A model generated the notes under the pieces. That model saw nothing but the letters and a program-made list of their open reading frames with translations, searched no databases and was not told the origin of the DNA. This document shows positions 1-10,137 of a DNA stretch of 64,000 nt, one piece after another (position 1 is the stretch's first letter; the number at the start of each line of letters is the position of its first letter). The DNA is from Desulfomonilia bacterium (GTDB lineage: Bacteria; Desulfobacterota; Desulfomonilia; UBA1062). Made by a program: the position numbers and the translations under genes. The stretch lies in assembly GCA_963664325.2 (NCBI GenBank), contig CAXXDQ010000004.1, forward strand, positions 64,001-128,000, given 5' to 3'.

Positions 1-521
1 GGATAAATGAGATTCGGCGGTTTAATACGTCATTGCACCTTGTAGGACCGCAGGTATTAGAAAACCTTGATATGGAAATCAACAATTGTCTGAAACTCAT
101 TGAACCGATAAAAGAAGATATATTGGCCGACATCGGCTCAGGTGCAGGTATTCCAGGTATCCCATATGCAGTCATAAATCCAGGCTCGGAAGTTAAGTTA
201 ATCGAGCGGTCTGAGAACAAATGTATTTTTTTAAGGCATTCCATCTCATGCATGGGCCTAAAGAATGTAGAAATTCTTGAGGCAGATCCGCTTGTTCACC
301 TTGTCAGAAGATTCCCGGCAGCAATATCCAGGGCATTTTCACCAAAAGATTACCTTTCTAAAACAGCCGGGGCAACACTTGAAGAGAATGGCATGTTTTA
401 TTACATGGCTTCAAACAGGCCTTCCCTTGATGACAGGTTTCTGCCGCTTGAATACGCCGACATATCAATGGTGCATGAGAGGATGAATATCTACTCTTAC
501 AGGTTTAATCCCTGGAAATAG
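1..521 (+). CDS. rsmG: 16S rRNA m7G527 methyltransferase (5' end outside window)
   Basis: SAM motif DIGSGAGIPGIP, LIERSENK, SRAF; the frame is open back to the window start (INEIRRFNTSLHLVG). Confidence 0.85.
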   Translation, partial: INEIRRFNTSLHLVGPQVLENLDMEINNCLKLIEPIKEDILADIGSGAGIPGIPYAVINPGSEVKLIERSENKCIFLRHSISCMGLKNVEILEADPLVHLVRRFPAAISRAFSPKDYLSKTAGATLEENGMFYYMASNRPSLDDRFLPLEYADISMVHERMNIYSYRFNPWK

Positions 522-945
522 AAATCCTGCGTGAAGCAACCCCTTGTTCCTTAGGCAGGCTTATTTCAAGAACACCATATTCGAAACTGGCAGATATTTT
601 TTCTGCATCAATTCCTTCCGGAAGCCTGAAAGTTCTCTTGAATGAACCGTATTGCCTTTCAATTACGTGATAATTATCAACTTTGTCTTCATGAGCCTTA
701 ACCTTCCGCCCTCCGATAGAAAGTGAGGTACCACTTATATCAACAAGGATATCTTCTTTGCATAAACCCGGAAGTTCTGCCTTTATAGTAACATAATTAT
801 CATCTTCAAATATATCTACAGGAGGAACCAGTTCTCCGGGACCTGATTGGGAGGCAACAGGTTTGAGACTGTCTTCAAATATCTTGTTCATCCTGTCCTG
901 CAGATAGAGGATATCTCTCAAAGACTGTCTTTTTATAACAGGCAT
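505..945 (-). CDS. Hsp20/alpha-crystallin small heat-shock protein
   Basis: PPVDIFE, AELPG, ERQYGSFKRTFRLP, GVLEISLPK. Confidence 0.95.
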   Translation of the reverse strand: MPVIKRQSLRDILYLQDRMNKIFEDSLKPVASQSGPGELVPPVDIFEDDNYVTIKAELPGLCKEDILVDISGTSLSIGGRKVKAHEDKVDNYHVIERQYGSFKRTFRLPEGIDAEKISASFEYGVLEISLPKEQGVASRRISISRD

Positions 946-955
946 AATCCCTCCT

Positions 956-1831
956 TTATATTGATATATATTCCATATTTCCTTTAAGGGCGTCTTTAAG
1001 TTTTATCCTTACGGCATTTTCTATCTGGCGTACCCGCTCTTTTGATATATTATATTTATTCCCCAGTTCATCCAATGTAAGCGGATTCTCAGCCATAAGC
1101 CTGTGCACAGCAATATCCTGTTCTCTACCTGAAAGAGTCGAGAGTGCCGCCTTGATATGTTTTTTAACATTCCGGGTGCGTTCTTTTTCGATAAATTTGT
1201 CTTCGGGATTTGACCTTGTATCGGAGAGAAAATCCAGGAAACTGGTATCACTGTCTGAAGCAATAGGACTGTTAAGAGACTGATCCCTTGAAGACAGTCT
1301 TGAAATGATATCCTCTATCTGTTTCTTATCAACAGAAAGTCTGGCTGAAATCGCCTGTGATCTCTTGTCAATATTCTGATCTTCGACGTGCTCTTCTCTG
1401 GCAAGCTTATTGAGTCCATAGAAAAGCTTTTTCTGAAGTTTTGTCGTACCGATTTTTACATTGGAGAAAAATTTCAGAATATAATCATGTATCATGGCTT
1501 TTATCCACCATACCGCATAGGTCATGAGCCTGTAGCCTTTGTCGGGATCATATTTTTTAACAGCAACCATTAAACCTATGGTTCCCTCCTGAACAATATC
1601 CTCAAGAGGCAAGCCATAGCCATCATAATCCATTGCTATCCTGACTACATATCTCAGATTCGATGTAATAAGGGTCTGCGCCGCTTCTATATCATTTTTA
1701 TCTCTCAGGCGTTTTGCCAGAGAATACTCTTCCTCTTTGGAAATTACAGGAAACGTTTCGAACCTTTTTATAATCAGTGATGAACTGTTGCTTCTTAGTA
1801 TAGGAAGATTCATGTTTTTTACCATCCTCAA
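956..1831 (-). CDS. rpoH: RNA polymerase sigma-32-type factor (start may be a downstream ATG)
   Basis: Sigma region 2 (DIVQEGTIGLMVAVKKYDP, YAVWWIKA), RpoH-box-like TTKLQKKLFYGL, region 4 ISKERVRQIE; directly upstream of hsp20. Confidence 0.88.
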   Translation of the reverse strand: MRMVKNMNLPILRSNSSSLIIKRFETFPVISKEEEYSLAKRLRDKNDIEAAQTLITSNLRYVVRIAMDYDGYGLPLEDIVQEGTIGLMVAVKKYDPDKGYRLMTYAVWWIKAMIHDYILKFFSNVKIGTTKLQKKLFYGLNKLAREEHVEDQNIDKRSQAISARLSVDKKQIEDIISRLSSRDQSLNSPIASDSDTSFLDFLSDTRSNPEDKFIEKERTRNVKKHIKAALSTLSGREQDIAVHRLMAENPLTLDELGNKYNISKERVRQIENAVRIKLKDALKGNMEYISI

Positions 1832-1982
1832 GTCTTTGATCTATATTTTCTTTGTTTTATCGTCAATATTTGCCTTTTCTAAGCAAAATATAGATGAAAT
1901 ATTAAGCTTGAAAGATTCATTTATTTTATGTAGAAGTTGCAAACCTATATAAAGTTGATCTTCGGGGAGGTAATCTTCTATT

Positions 1983-3566
1983 ATGCTAAAGTTGAAGGGA
2001 AATATTATTTGGCTTCTGCTTTATGCATTGGCCTTTTTATCATGTTCCCATCTGCCGCAGACATATCCGCCTCCCAATATAAGTATGCATGATAAATTTG
2101 AACAACTTCAAAATATCCAGCCGTCAGTTGCAGAAGAAAACAAGCAGATACAACCTGAAACATATCAAACTAATCCCGAAAAAAAACATGAATTGTTTCA
2201 GGAAAACGATAGTTATAATTATGATGAATACACTATCGGAATAACAGAAAAACCCTCTGAAGAAAAAAGTGGTGTTGATGAAACGGCTTCAATCTATTCT
2301 CTGCCTATCGAAAACAACGGCAAAACAAGAGAATACATAGATAAGGCGCTTGGCAAGAACAGGAATTACTATATCAGTGTCCTTAACCGTTTTGAAAAGG
2401 TAAGACCAAGAATGGAGGCCATTCTTGAGGAACAGGGCCTCCCAAAAGATCTTGTATATGTAGCCTTTGTAGAAAGCGGCGGCAACCCAAATGCTTTATC
2501 TCCTTCAGGTGCCGGCGGATACTGGCAGTTTCTTCCCGGTACTGCCAGGCTTTATGGTCTTAAGATTGACCGTTGGGTCGATGAAAGAAAGGACCTTGAA
2601 AAATCAACAAGGGCAGCGGCAAAATATCTTAACCAGCTTAACAACATGTTTGGCGACTGGCTTTTGGCCTGTGCCGCATACAATGCAGGCGAAATGGCCA
2701 TTGACAAGATTTTGAAAAATAACAGTAATGTTAAAACATTCTGGGATATATCTCCCGACATGATTTACAAATATGAAACAATTGCATTTGTTCCCAAAAT
2801 ACTGGCAGCCATTCAAATAGGTAGAAACAGAGTTAAATACGATATTCCTCAGGCCATAGATCCTGAACCCGTGTCTTATGATACAGTTACTATAAATTCA
2901 TATACCACGTTCGAACAAATTGCAGAGATAACGGGACGCAGTATTTCTTCTATAGCCGTTCTTAATCCCGAACTGACAAGAAAATCCACACCTCCATATG
3001 CCAGAGAATACAAAGTGAAGGTGCCGGCAGGTACAGGCGAACTTGTTGCATCATCACTGAAATCAGATAAAAACCGGGCTGTGCAATACGCATCTTATGC
3101 AGTTCAGAAAGGTGACACCCTGTTCTCAATTGCAAAACAACATCATATAACAACCGAGAAGATTTCAGCATTCAACAAGATAGGCAAAAAAGACAGGCTT
3201 TCCCCAGGAACCATTCTGATAATACCGGAAGATATTTACCTGAAACAATCGGAGAAAAGGATTCTCGCTTCAAAAGACTTCAGAACCCACAAAAGCAATC
3301 CTACTCATGAAGAATTTGCGGAAGCCGATAGCAATACCGATACTGGCATTACAAACAAGAAAATTAGTTATTCGAGCATGCCCTCCGTTAAAAAAAATCC
3401 CCGACTGATAAGATACAATGTTAAAAAAGGCGATACGATCTGGAAGATATCAAAACGTTATGAGGTTAAAGAGGAAGAAATCAAGAAATGGAATCAACTT
3501 AATTCCGCTTCCAGTATCCACCCTGGCGATATGCTCACTATATATTTAAAACACAAGAAAGATTAA
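1983..3566 (+). CDS. mltD: Membrane-bound lytic murein transglycosylase D-like lipoprotein (SLT + LysM)
   Basis: Lipobox FLSC, AFVESG, AGGYWQF, AYNAGE, two clear LysM repeats (YAVQKGDTL, YNVKKGDTI). Confidence 0.9.
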   Translation: MLKLKGNIIWLLLYALAFLSCSHLPQTYPPPNISMHDKFEQLQNIQPSVAEENKQIQPETYQTNPEKKHELFQENDSYNYDEYTIGITEKPSEEKSGVDETASIYSLPIENNGKTREYIDKALGKNRNYYISVLNRFEKVRPRMEAILEEQGLPKDLVYVAFVESGGNPNALSPSGAGGYWQFLPGTARLYGLKIDRWVDERKDLEKSTRAAAKYLNQLNNMFGDWLLACAAYNAGEMAIDKILKNNSNVKTFWDISPDMIYKYETIAFVPKILAAIQIGRNRVKYDIPQAIDPEPVSYDTVTINSYTTFEQIAEITGRSISSIAVLNPELTRKSTPPYAREYKVKVPAGTGELVASSLKSDKNRAVQYASYAVQKGDTLFSIAKQHHITTEKISAFNKIGKKDRLSPGTILIIPEDIYLKQSEKRILASKDFRTHKSNPTHEEFAEADSNTDTGITNKKISYSSMPSVKKNPRLIRYNVKKGDTIWKISKRYEVKEEEIKKWNQLNSASSIHPGDMLTIYLKHKKD

Positions 3567-3798
3567 CCATCAGGTTTTATTCAATAGCACTATGTTCACT
3601 GTGAAATGAATGATCACCAGTCTAATCGAGAATTTTATGACAATGAAAAAAAATGTCTGGATGAATTTTAACCGGATAAACGCCCAACTCCGGGAAGGCT
3701 TTAAAACAATACCGCTGAAATAATGTTTGGATTTAAATTATGAATCCCTTTTGTTCACCCTCCAGTAATTCAAGGTAATATCGGCCGCCTTCTCGTTG

Positions 3799-4146
3799 TC
3801 ATTCTGAATGTAAAGCAAAATTATTTCCATTATTAACGGTTTCGTCTTCTATCCATTTGAGGAAATCGGGATTACCCCCAGTAATCGGGAGGGCTACAAT
3901 ACATGGTATCGTATAGCTGTGAATAGACTTAATCCTAAGGGTCAGTTTTTCAATAAGATCAGACACCGTCTTGGCAATGACAACAACTTCTTTCTCCACA
4001 TGAATTCTGCCCTCCCATCTGTATATCGAGGACATGCCTTCAATAACATTAACGCAGGCAGCAAGCCGCTCCTCAATAAGCAATGATCCGATTTTGTCGG
4101 CTTCTTCCCTGGATGAAGCAGTTATGTATAAAAGAACTTTATCCAT
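3799..4146 (-). CDS. cutA: Divalent-cation tolerance protein CutA
   Basis: RLAACVN, SIYRWEG, HSYTIPCI; start moved to the ATG at 4146, which follows a GGAGG RBS. Confidence 0.93.
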   Translation of the reverse strand: MDKVLLYITASSREEADKIGSLLIEERLAACVNVIEGMSSIYRWEGRIHVEKEVVVIAKTVSDLIEKLTLRIKSIHSYTIPCIVALPITGGNPDFLKWIEDETVNNGNNFALHSE

Positions 4147-4279
4147 ATATCCTCCCCTGTCGGAATGATTATGATAAGATAAACGAAGGTTTAAATGTGT
4201 CAATAAGCTTATGAATGCTTGTCAGTCGCTATGTTTTTAGGTAAGACTCAATTGACAAAACATTTCAGTGGAGGAACTT

Positions 4280-4495
4280 ATGGAAAAAAATGTTGGAACA
4301 GCCGACAAGATCATCAGGTCTTTGATTATTCTGTTAACCTCGATCGCTTTTTTGAAAGGGTGGCTTAAAGGCAAACTCGGGCTTCTTTTGATGCTTGGCG
4401 GGGGATCCTTACTTTCAAGCGTTATGTCGGGCTACTGTCCCCTTTATGAGCAGCTCGGCATTACTACGGCACCAGAGCAGAAGACGTCTCACTGA
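4280..4495 (+). CDS. DUF2892/YgaP-like small membrane protein
   Basis: KNVGTADKIIR and GYCPLYEQLG signatures, two TM segments, GGAGG RBS. Confidence 0.85.
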   Translation: MEKNVGTADKIIRSLIILLTSIAFLKGWLKGKLGLLLMLGGGSLLSSVMSGYCPLYEQLGITTAPEQKTSH

Positions 4496-5029
4496 TCAGG
4501 AAACCGCCTTGATATGGTTGTATATATAATCCCATCCGCTCCAGATTGTGAAGAAACAGGCTATGAGCAAAAAGAATTCACCGCATTTCTGGAAATCTAT
4601 TCCTAATAATGTATAGTGGATTAAAAGTCCGATAATCGCCGTGCATTGAAAGGCTGTCTTATATTTCCCCAGCCACGATGCGGCGATTATTACATTCTGT
4701 TCTGAAGCGATTGCCCTTACACCAGTTACGGCAATCTCCCTTCCTATTATTACTGCTACTATCCATGCCGGTGCCCTTTCAAGGGGGATAAGGAATATCA
4801 GGACCGTGCATACCATTAATTTATCAGCAAGTGGATCAAGCAGTTTTCCAAGGTTGGACTCCATGTTGTAATTCCTGGCCAGATAGCCGTCCAGAAAATC
4901 GGTGAAAGTGCCTAAAGAAAAAATAACAGTTGCAGCTATTGATGCCCAAAATGATTCATAAACCAGGAGCACCGCAATAACAGGAACCATTACGATGCGG
5001 GACATCGTAAGGATATTGGCTATATTCAC
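4496..5029 (-). CDS. pgsA: CDP-diacylglycerol--glycerol-3-phosphate 3-phosphatidyltransferase
   Basis: TDFLDGYLAR...GKLLDPLADK CDP-alcohol phosphotransferase motif. Confidence 0.95.
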   Translation of the reverse strand: MNIANILTMSRIVMVPVIAVLLVYESFWASIAATVIFSLGTFTDFLDGYLARNYNMESNLGKLLDPLADKLMVCTVLIFLIPLERAPAWIVAVIIGREIAVTGVRAIASEQNVIIAASWLGKYKTAFQCTAIIGLLIHYTLLGIDFQKCGEFFLLIACFFTIWSGWDYIYNHIKAVS

Positions 5030-5031
5030 AA

Positions 5032-5631
5032 TTACTTTACCTTACCTTTGTAATTTGCCTTGATAATACGCACATAATCCTGGGTCTCCTGATAAGGAGG
5101 AATCCCGCCCCATTTATCGACGGCCCCGGGGCCGGCATTATATGCGGCAAGCGCCTTATCTATATCCCAGTTGTAACGGTTCAGCATATCTGCAAGGTAT
5201 CTTGTCCCCCCCTTGATGTTCTCCTCTTCATCCCACGGATTGACCCCGAGTATATTGGCCGTTCCAGGCATAAGCTGCATTAATCCAATCGCCCCTTTTG
5301 ATGACATTGCCAGCGGATTATAGCCTGACTCCCATTCCATAACGCATTTTACCAGCATCGGGTCTATTCCATGCAGCTTTGCATATTCTTCAATAATCTG
5401 GTCATATTTTCTGTTTGAGAATTTGAACTGGGGTATATGGTTAATGTAGGAATATGTTTTTGACTTGATCTTGCGTTTTTCCCTCAGGTAGAGCTTCATA
5501 TCGCTTCTATCCACCGGGCAGTTGGTAAAGTATAATGTTCCGTCCGGAAGCACCTGTTTATAGATGTCAGCCCTGCACGGCAAGAAAAAAACAGAAATAA
5601 TTGTTAGTGTGAAACTTATGGTTTTTATCAT
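5032..5631 (-). CDS. Soluble lytic transglycosylase with N-terminal DUF4124-like segment (start uncertain)
   Basis: WESGYNP, GAIGLMQLMP, ALAAYNAGPG; signal peptide followed by ADIYK..DGTLYFTN. Confidence 0.9.
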   Translation of the reverse strand: MIKTISFTLTIISVFFLPCRADIYKQVLPDGTLYFTNCPVDRSDMKLYLREKRKIKSKTYSYINHIPQFKFSNRKYDQIIEEYAKLHGIDPMLVKCVMEWESGYNPLAMSSKGAIGLMQLMPGTANILGVNPWDEEENIKGGTRYLADMLNRYNWDIDKALAAYNAGPGAVDKWGGIPPYQETQDYVRIIKANYKGKVK

Positions 5632-5714
5632 GTTAATCTCTCTCGCTGTAACCATCCGGTTCTCCTCACAGCATCTCATCGGCTTTTCCGAGAGAAATCA
5701 TTAGTTACCATAAA

Positions 5715-7229
5715 TCAGCAGGGTTGCGCCATAAGCTTTTTCTGAGAGAAAAACCTGGGTAGATATACCCTCATCCTTGTGCCTTTACCTACTGTGCTTT
5801 TTACACTGATATAGCCACCATGCTCTTCCATTATCATATATACCTTGGTCAGGCCAACTCCGGCACCTTTCTGCTTGGTTGTAAAAAAAGGATTGAATAG
5901 TTCTTTGATCACATCCGGTGGTATGCCTTTGCCAGTATCAATAACATCAACAACCAAATATTCAGGGTCCATTCCAATATTAATTTCAAGCAATCCATTC
6001 TCCCCCATAGTCTCACATGCATTTTTTATAAGGTTGCTAAAAGCTTCAATCATAAAATCCCTGTCAGCTTGAATATGTGACAATCCCTCAGGCGCATTCA
6101 CTACATATTTGATCCCTTGAAACGCGCCCTCGCTAAAAGTCTTCTGAATAACCTCAGCTACAACATCCCTGATATCAACCTGAACAAAAACAGGTTTGTG
6201 TATTTTCGTATAATTTACATATTCTTCTATTTCATGGATGACATTTTCAAGTCTTCTGACGTCATCCATTATATAATTAAGATAGAGTTTGGGCTCTTCC
6301 AAATCCTGTATTACATTGCTCAGCCTCCTTGAAAACCCACCAAGGGAAGTCAGTGAATTCCTTAATTCATGAGCCACCCCTTCCACGACTTTGCCCAGAG
6401 ATGCAAGTTTTTCCGTATTGATCATTCGTCTGCGCATCTCTTCGATATCGCTTAAATCCCGTACTACCACGACAATATAGTCATGGTACGGATCAATATT
6501 AATCCTGGATGCGGTCATAAATCCCGGGAAAGTACAATTATCATGTTTTTTAAACAGACATTCAACCTCATACCTTTCCAGCCCTTCATCCAGGGCGCTG
6601 TTAATTTCAGCAAAGATGTCCCGGTGTACGTTATGAAATAAAATACCGATATCCTGGCCAGTCAGGCTCCCGGTTGACCCCCAAAGCCTTATGGCGGTCG
6701 AGTTCATAAAGTCTATCCTGCCTGCGCGGTCGGCTGTAATCACGGCCTCACCAAGGGTTTCCGTGATACTGACAATGTAATTTTTTTGCGCCTCAGAAAC
6801 AGCTTTCAGCTTGATATTTTCAAGCATGAGGTCGTGTTCCTTGATCAATTTTCCAGTCAAATGGGCAAGGCCGGTAAAAGAAATAGGTTTCGTCAGGTAA
6901 TCGACTGCACCTGATTTCATGGCTGTTACAGCAACATCTTCCGAGCCTTCACCTGTCATGAAGACGACAAATGCATTCTTATCCAGGTTTCTTATTCGCT
7001 TTAACACCTCGATACCGTCCATTTCCGGCATGCGATAATCAAGAAAGACAAGGTCATGCCTTTCTCTCTCAAACATCTCAATGGCAGAAGGACCGTCATA
7101 CGCTTGATTTACCATCAACCCGTATTCTCTCAGGTAATCGGCAATTACCTGATTGACAGTTTCATCGTCGTCAATGACAAGGACTATTCTTTTTTTTGCA
7201 GGTTCGGTGATTTGATTCATATATTCCAT
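5715..7229 (-). CDS. Hybrid sensor histidine kinase (REC-PAS-HisKA-HATPase)
   Basis: REC (VIDDD, FLDYRMP, KP), PAS, H-box VAHELRNSL, N/G boxes (NLIKNA, DTGKGI, GAGVGL). Confidence 0.92.
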   Translation of the reverse strand: MEYMNQITEPAKKRIVLVIDDDETVNQVIADYLREYGLMVNQAYDGPSAIEMFERERHDLVFLDYRMPEMDGIEVLKRIRNLDKNAFVVFMTGEGSEDVAVTAMKSGAVDYLTKPISFTGLAHLTGKLIKEHDLMLENIKLKAVSEAQKNYIVSITETLGEAVITADRAGRIDFMNSTAIRLWGSTGSLTGQDIGILFHNVHRDIFAEINSALDEGLERYEVECLFKKHDNCTFPGFMTASRINIDPYHDYIVVVVRDLSDIEEMRRRMINTEKLASLGKVVEGVAHELRNSLTSLGGFSRRLSNVIQDLEEPKLYLNYIMDDVRRLENVIHEIEEYVNYTKIHKPVFVQVDIRDVVAEVIQKTFSEGAFQGIKYVVNAPEGLSHIQADRDFMIEAFSNLIKNACETMGENGLLEINIGMDPEYLVVDVIDTGKGIPPDVIKELFNPFFTTKQKGAGVGLTKVYMIMEEHGGYISVKSTVGKGTRMRVYLPRFFSQKKLMAQPC

Positions 7230-7699
7230 ATATTCAGTATCTCATTACCCATGAAAGACTCTTTCACCTCATCGATATTCCGGCCTGAGGCAAGGATTAA
7301 ATCCGGTGCAATTTCGCTGAGTGGCCAGACTACAAAAGCACGTTTTTCAATTCCCGGATGAGGCAGCTGCAGACAACCGGTATTGATAAAAATATGCTCA
7401 ACCATCAGGATGTCAATATCCACTGTTCTGGGCGCATGGAAATAAGGCCTTGTACGCCCAAGTTTTCTTTCAATATCAAGACAGTTCTCCAAAAGAGCAA
7501 ACGGTCCCAAGTCGAATGAAGCCATGACAGCCAGATTCAGGTAGTTTTCCTGAATATCATTTGTTTCAACCGGTAATGACTCGTATATTGAGGATTTCTT
7601 TAATAAATTTATTTTTCTTTGTTCCAGTTCAGACAGGGCATTTCTTAGATATTTTAACCTGTCCCCGATATTTGACCCAATTAAGAGGTATCCAAGCAT
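7217..7699 (-). CDS. folK: 2-amino-4-hydroxy-6-hydroxymethyldihydropteridine diphosphokinase
   Basis: IGSNIGDR, PRTVDIDIL, LPHP, RAFVVWPL. Confidence 0.95.
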   Translation of the reverse strand: MLGYLLIGSNIGDRLKYLRNALSELEQRKINLLKKSSIYESLPVETNDIQENYLNLAVMASFDLGPFALLENCLDIERKLGRTRPYFHAPRTVDIDILMVEHIFINTGCLQLPHPGIEKRAFVVWPLSEIAPDLILASGRNIDEVKESFMGNEILNIWNI

Positions 7700-8442
7700 T
7701 ATATAAGCATATTTTCAAGAGCGCCTATTCCCTCTATCTCCACACTTACCCTGTCTCCGCGATTCATGGGACCTATGCCTGAAGGCGTTCCTGTTGCGAT
7801 TATATCACCCTCATTAAGCGTCATGATATGGGAGATTGTTGAGACAAGATCAATGACTGAAAAAATAAGATTGGAAGTATTGGATGACTGCTTAATCTCA
7901 CCATTTAGGACCAGCCTTATATCAAGATTATGGGGATCGTTTATCTCCGTTTCAATATACGGGCCTATCGGACAGAAGGTGTCAAACGATTTAGCCCTTG
8001 TCCACTGTCCGTCTTTAACCTGGAGGTCGCGTGCGGTCACATCGTTAAGGCATGTATATCCCAAGATATAATCGGATGAATTCTCAGGACTGATCTTCGA
8101 GCACTGCTTTGAAATCACCACGGCAAGCTCTGCCTCATAATCCACACGTTCCGACTGTTCAGGGTAAATGATATCATCAAGGTGGCCGATGACGGCAGAG
8201 CCGGGTTTTAGAAATATGAGCGGTTCCACGGGAAGGTCAAAGCCCAGTTCTTTTGCATGGTCACGGTAATTAAGTCCTATACACACTACCTTTGAAGGCA
8301 TTACAGGAGGAAGCATCTTTTTTATTAAAATTTTTTTTCCCTGTTTTCCGGATTTTTTTTCAAAAATGTGCGGTGTGACACCATCGGTCATGCAGAAATC
8401 AACAACAAAATCATCGTGTGTAATGGCCCTGCCGATTTTCAT
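7699..8442 (-). CDS. Fumarylacetoacetate hydrolase family protein
   Basis: IGLNYRDH, DYEAELAVVI, NDVTARD, KSFDTFCPIGP, ATGTPSG. Confidence 0.92.
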   Translation of the reverse strand: MKIGRAITHDDFVVDFCMTDGVTPHIFEKKSGKQGKKILIKKMLPPVMPSKVVCIGLNYRDHAKELGFDLPVEPLIFLKPGSAVIGHLDDIIYPEQSERVDYEAELAVVISKQCSKISPENSSDYILGYTCLNDVTARDLQVKDGQWTRAKSFDTFCPIGPYIETEINDPHNLDIRLVLNGEIKQSSNTSNLIFSVIDLVSTISHIMTLNEGDIIATGTPSGIGPMNRGDRVSVEIEGIGALENMLI

Positions 8443-8451
8443 GATAACCTT

Positions 8452-9252
8452 TCAGATCCCCAGCACATCGATCATTGTATAGGCGCCAGGGGCCTTTCCG
8501 GCAATCCACCTGGTCGCTGCAATCGCGCCTGCTGCAAAGTTCTCTCTTGAATGCGCCTGATGTTTGAGTTCGATCCTCTCTCCATTGCCGGCAAAATAAA
8601 CGGTATGGTCTCCAACGATATCGCCTGCCCTTACGGTTTGAATCCCTATTTCACCTTTAGGTCTTTCACCTATTATCCCATATCGTTCAAACCTTGCCTT
8701 ATCCTTCAGAGAAACTTCCCTTGCCCTGGCAACGGACTGCGCAAGCCCCAGTGCCGTCCCTGAAGGTGCATCTTTCTTAAGCCTGTGGTGGGCTTCGACT
8801 ATCTCTATGTCATAGGCATCTCCGAGAAGCCGCGTCAGTTCTTCCACCACTCTGAACATTACGTTTATGCCAATGCTCATGTTGGGAGAAAAGACAAAGG
8901 GAACCGTTCCTACATAACCCATAAGCTCGGTTTTCTGTGCATCGGATAAACCCGTAGTTCCTATCACCATGGCTTTTTTATTCTCCGATGCAATAACCAT
9001 CATCTTCAAGGTAGCCTCCGGGAAGGAAAAATCTATGATAATGTCGGCATTTTTAAATGCTGTCTGCGGGTTGTCAGAAACGACACATCCGCATCTTTGT
9101 CGGCCTACTGCAAGACCTGCATCCTCACCAATGAGCCTGTGGCCTGCTATTTCGAGCGCCCCGGCAAGTTCCATATCGGGGGCGTCGGCTATTCCTCTGG
9201 CAATGAGCATCCCCATTCTGCCGCCTATGCCAATAACACCGGCTTTAATCAC
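8452..9252 (-). CDS. dapB: 4-hydroxy-tetrahydrodipicolinate reductase
   Basis: GRMG, VIGTTG, EAHHRLKKDAPSGTA. Confidence 0.97.
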   Translation of the reverse strand: MIKAGVIGIGGRMGMLIARGIADAPDMELAGALEIAGHRLIGEDAGLAVGRQRCGCVVSDNPQTAFKNADIIIDFSFPEATLKMMVIASENKKAMVIGTTGLSDAQKTELMGYVGTVPFVFSPNMSIGINVMFRVVEELTRLLGDAYDIEIVEAHHRLKKDAPSGTALGLAQSVARAREVSLKDKARFERYGIIGERPKGEIGIQTVRAGDIVGDHTVYFAGNGERIELKHQAHSRENFAAGAIAATRWIAGKAPGAYTMIDVLGI

Positions 9253-9263
9253 TGAATTACTCC

Positions 9264-10136
9264 TTAGATGCAGCCTTTCTCTTTTAATGCCATGGCCAGC
9301 TTTTCCTTGTTAGCGGGATCCATTTTGCACAGCGGCAGCTTGAATTCTTCACTCATGAATCCCATCAAAGAAAGGGCCGTCTTCACAGGGATGGGATTGG
9401 TTTCAATAAACATGGCATTATGGAACTCGATAAGGTCCAGATGAATCTCGATTGCCCTTGCTGTATCCCCTGATTCCCATGCCGTAATCAAACCCGCCAT
9501 CTTATCCGGCAGTATATTCGCCGTGACAGAAATCACCCCTTTGCCTCCGATCGAAAGCATTGGAAGTGTCAATGCGTCATCTCCGGCAAGGACAGAAAAA
9601 TCTCCCTTAGCATGCTTTATTATCTGTGATGCCAAACTCAAATCTCCGCTGGCCTCTTTAATACCGACTATCGTATCGATTTTTGACAGGGCAATGGTTG
9701 TTGCAGCCGACATATTGATACCTGTCCTTCCTGGTATGTTGTAAAGCACCATCGGAATGTCGCATGACTTGGCGATTGCCTCGAAATGGGCAAAAATACC
9801 CTTGGGTGTGGGCTTGTTGTAATAAGGGACCACGGAGAGGATGCCGTCCGCCCCGGCCTGCTTCGCATGTTTTGTCAGGCTTATCGCCTCATCGGTCGAG
9901 TTTGAGCCTGTCCCTGCAATTACCTTTACACGCCCCCCAACTTCGGCAACGGTCATATCGATTATCCGTTCATGCTCCTCGTGCGGCATGGTGGCCGATT
10001 CGCCGGTGGTACCGCATGGAACTATGCCTGACACACCGCCTGTTATAACATGCTCGATAAGCCTCTTGTAAGCCTTCTCATCTAACACGCCATCTTTAAA
10101 TGGTGTTACAATAGCTACTATAGCTCCAGAAAACAT
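9264..10136 (-). CDS. dapA: 4-hydroxy-tetrahydrodipicolinate synthase
   Basis: GTTGES, YNIPGRTG, GIKEASG, TNPIPVK. Confidence 0.97.
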   Translation of the reverse strand: MFSGAIVAIVTPFKDGVLDEKAYKRLIEHVITGGVSGIVPCGTTGESATMPHEEHERIIDMTVAEVGGRVKVIAGTGSNSTDEAISLTKHAKQAGADGILSVVPYYNKPTPKGIFAHFEAIAKSCDIPMVLYNIPGRTGINMSAATTIALSKIDTIVGIKEASGDLSLASQIIKHAKGDFSVLAGDDALTLPMLSIGGKGVISVTANILPDKMAGLITAWESGDTARAIEIHLDLIEFHNAMFIETNPIPVKTALSLMGFMSEEFKLPLCKMDPANKEKLAMALKEKGCI

Positions 10137-10137
10137 T

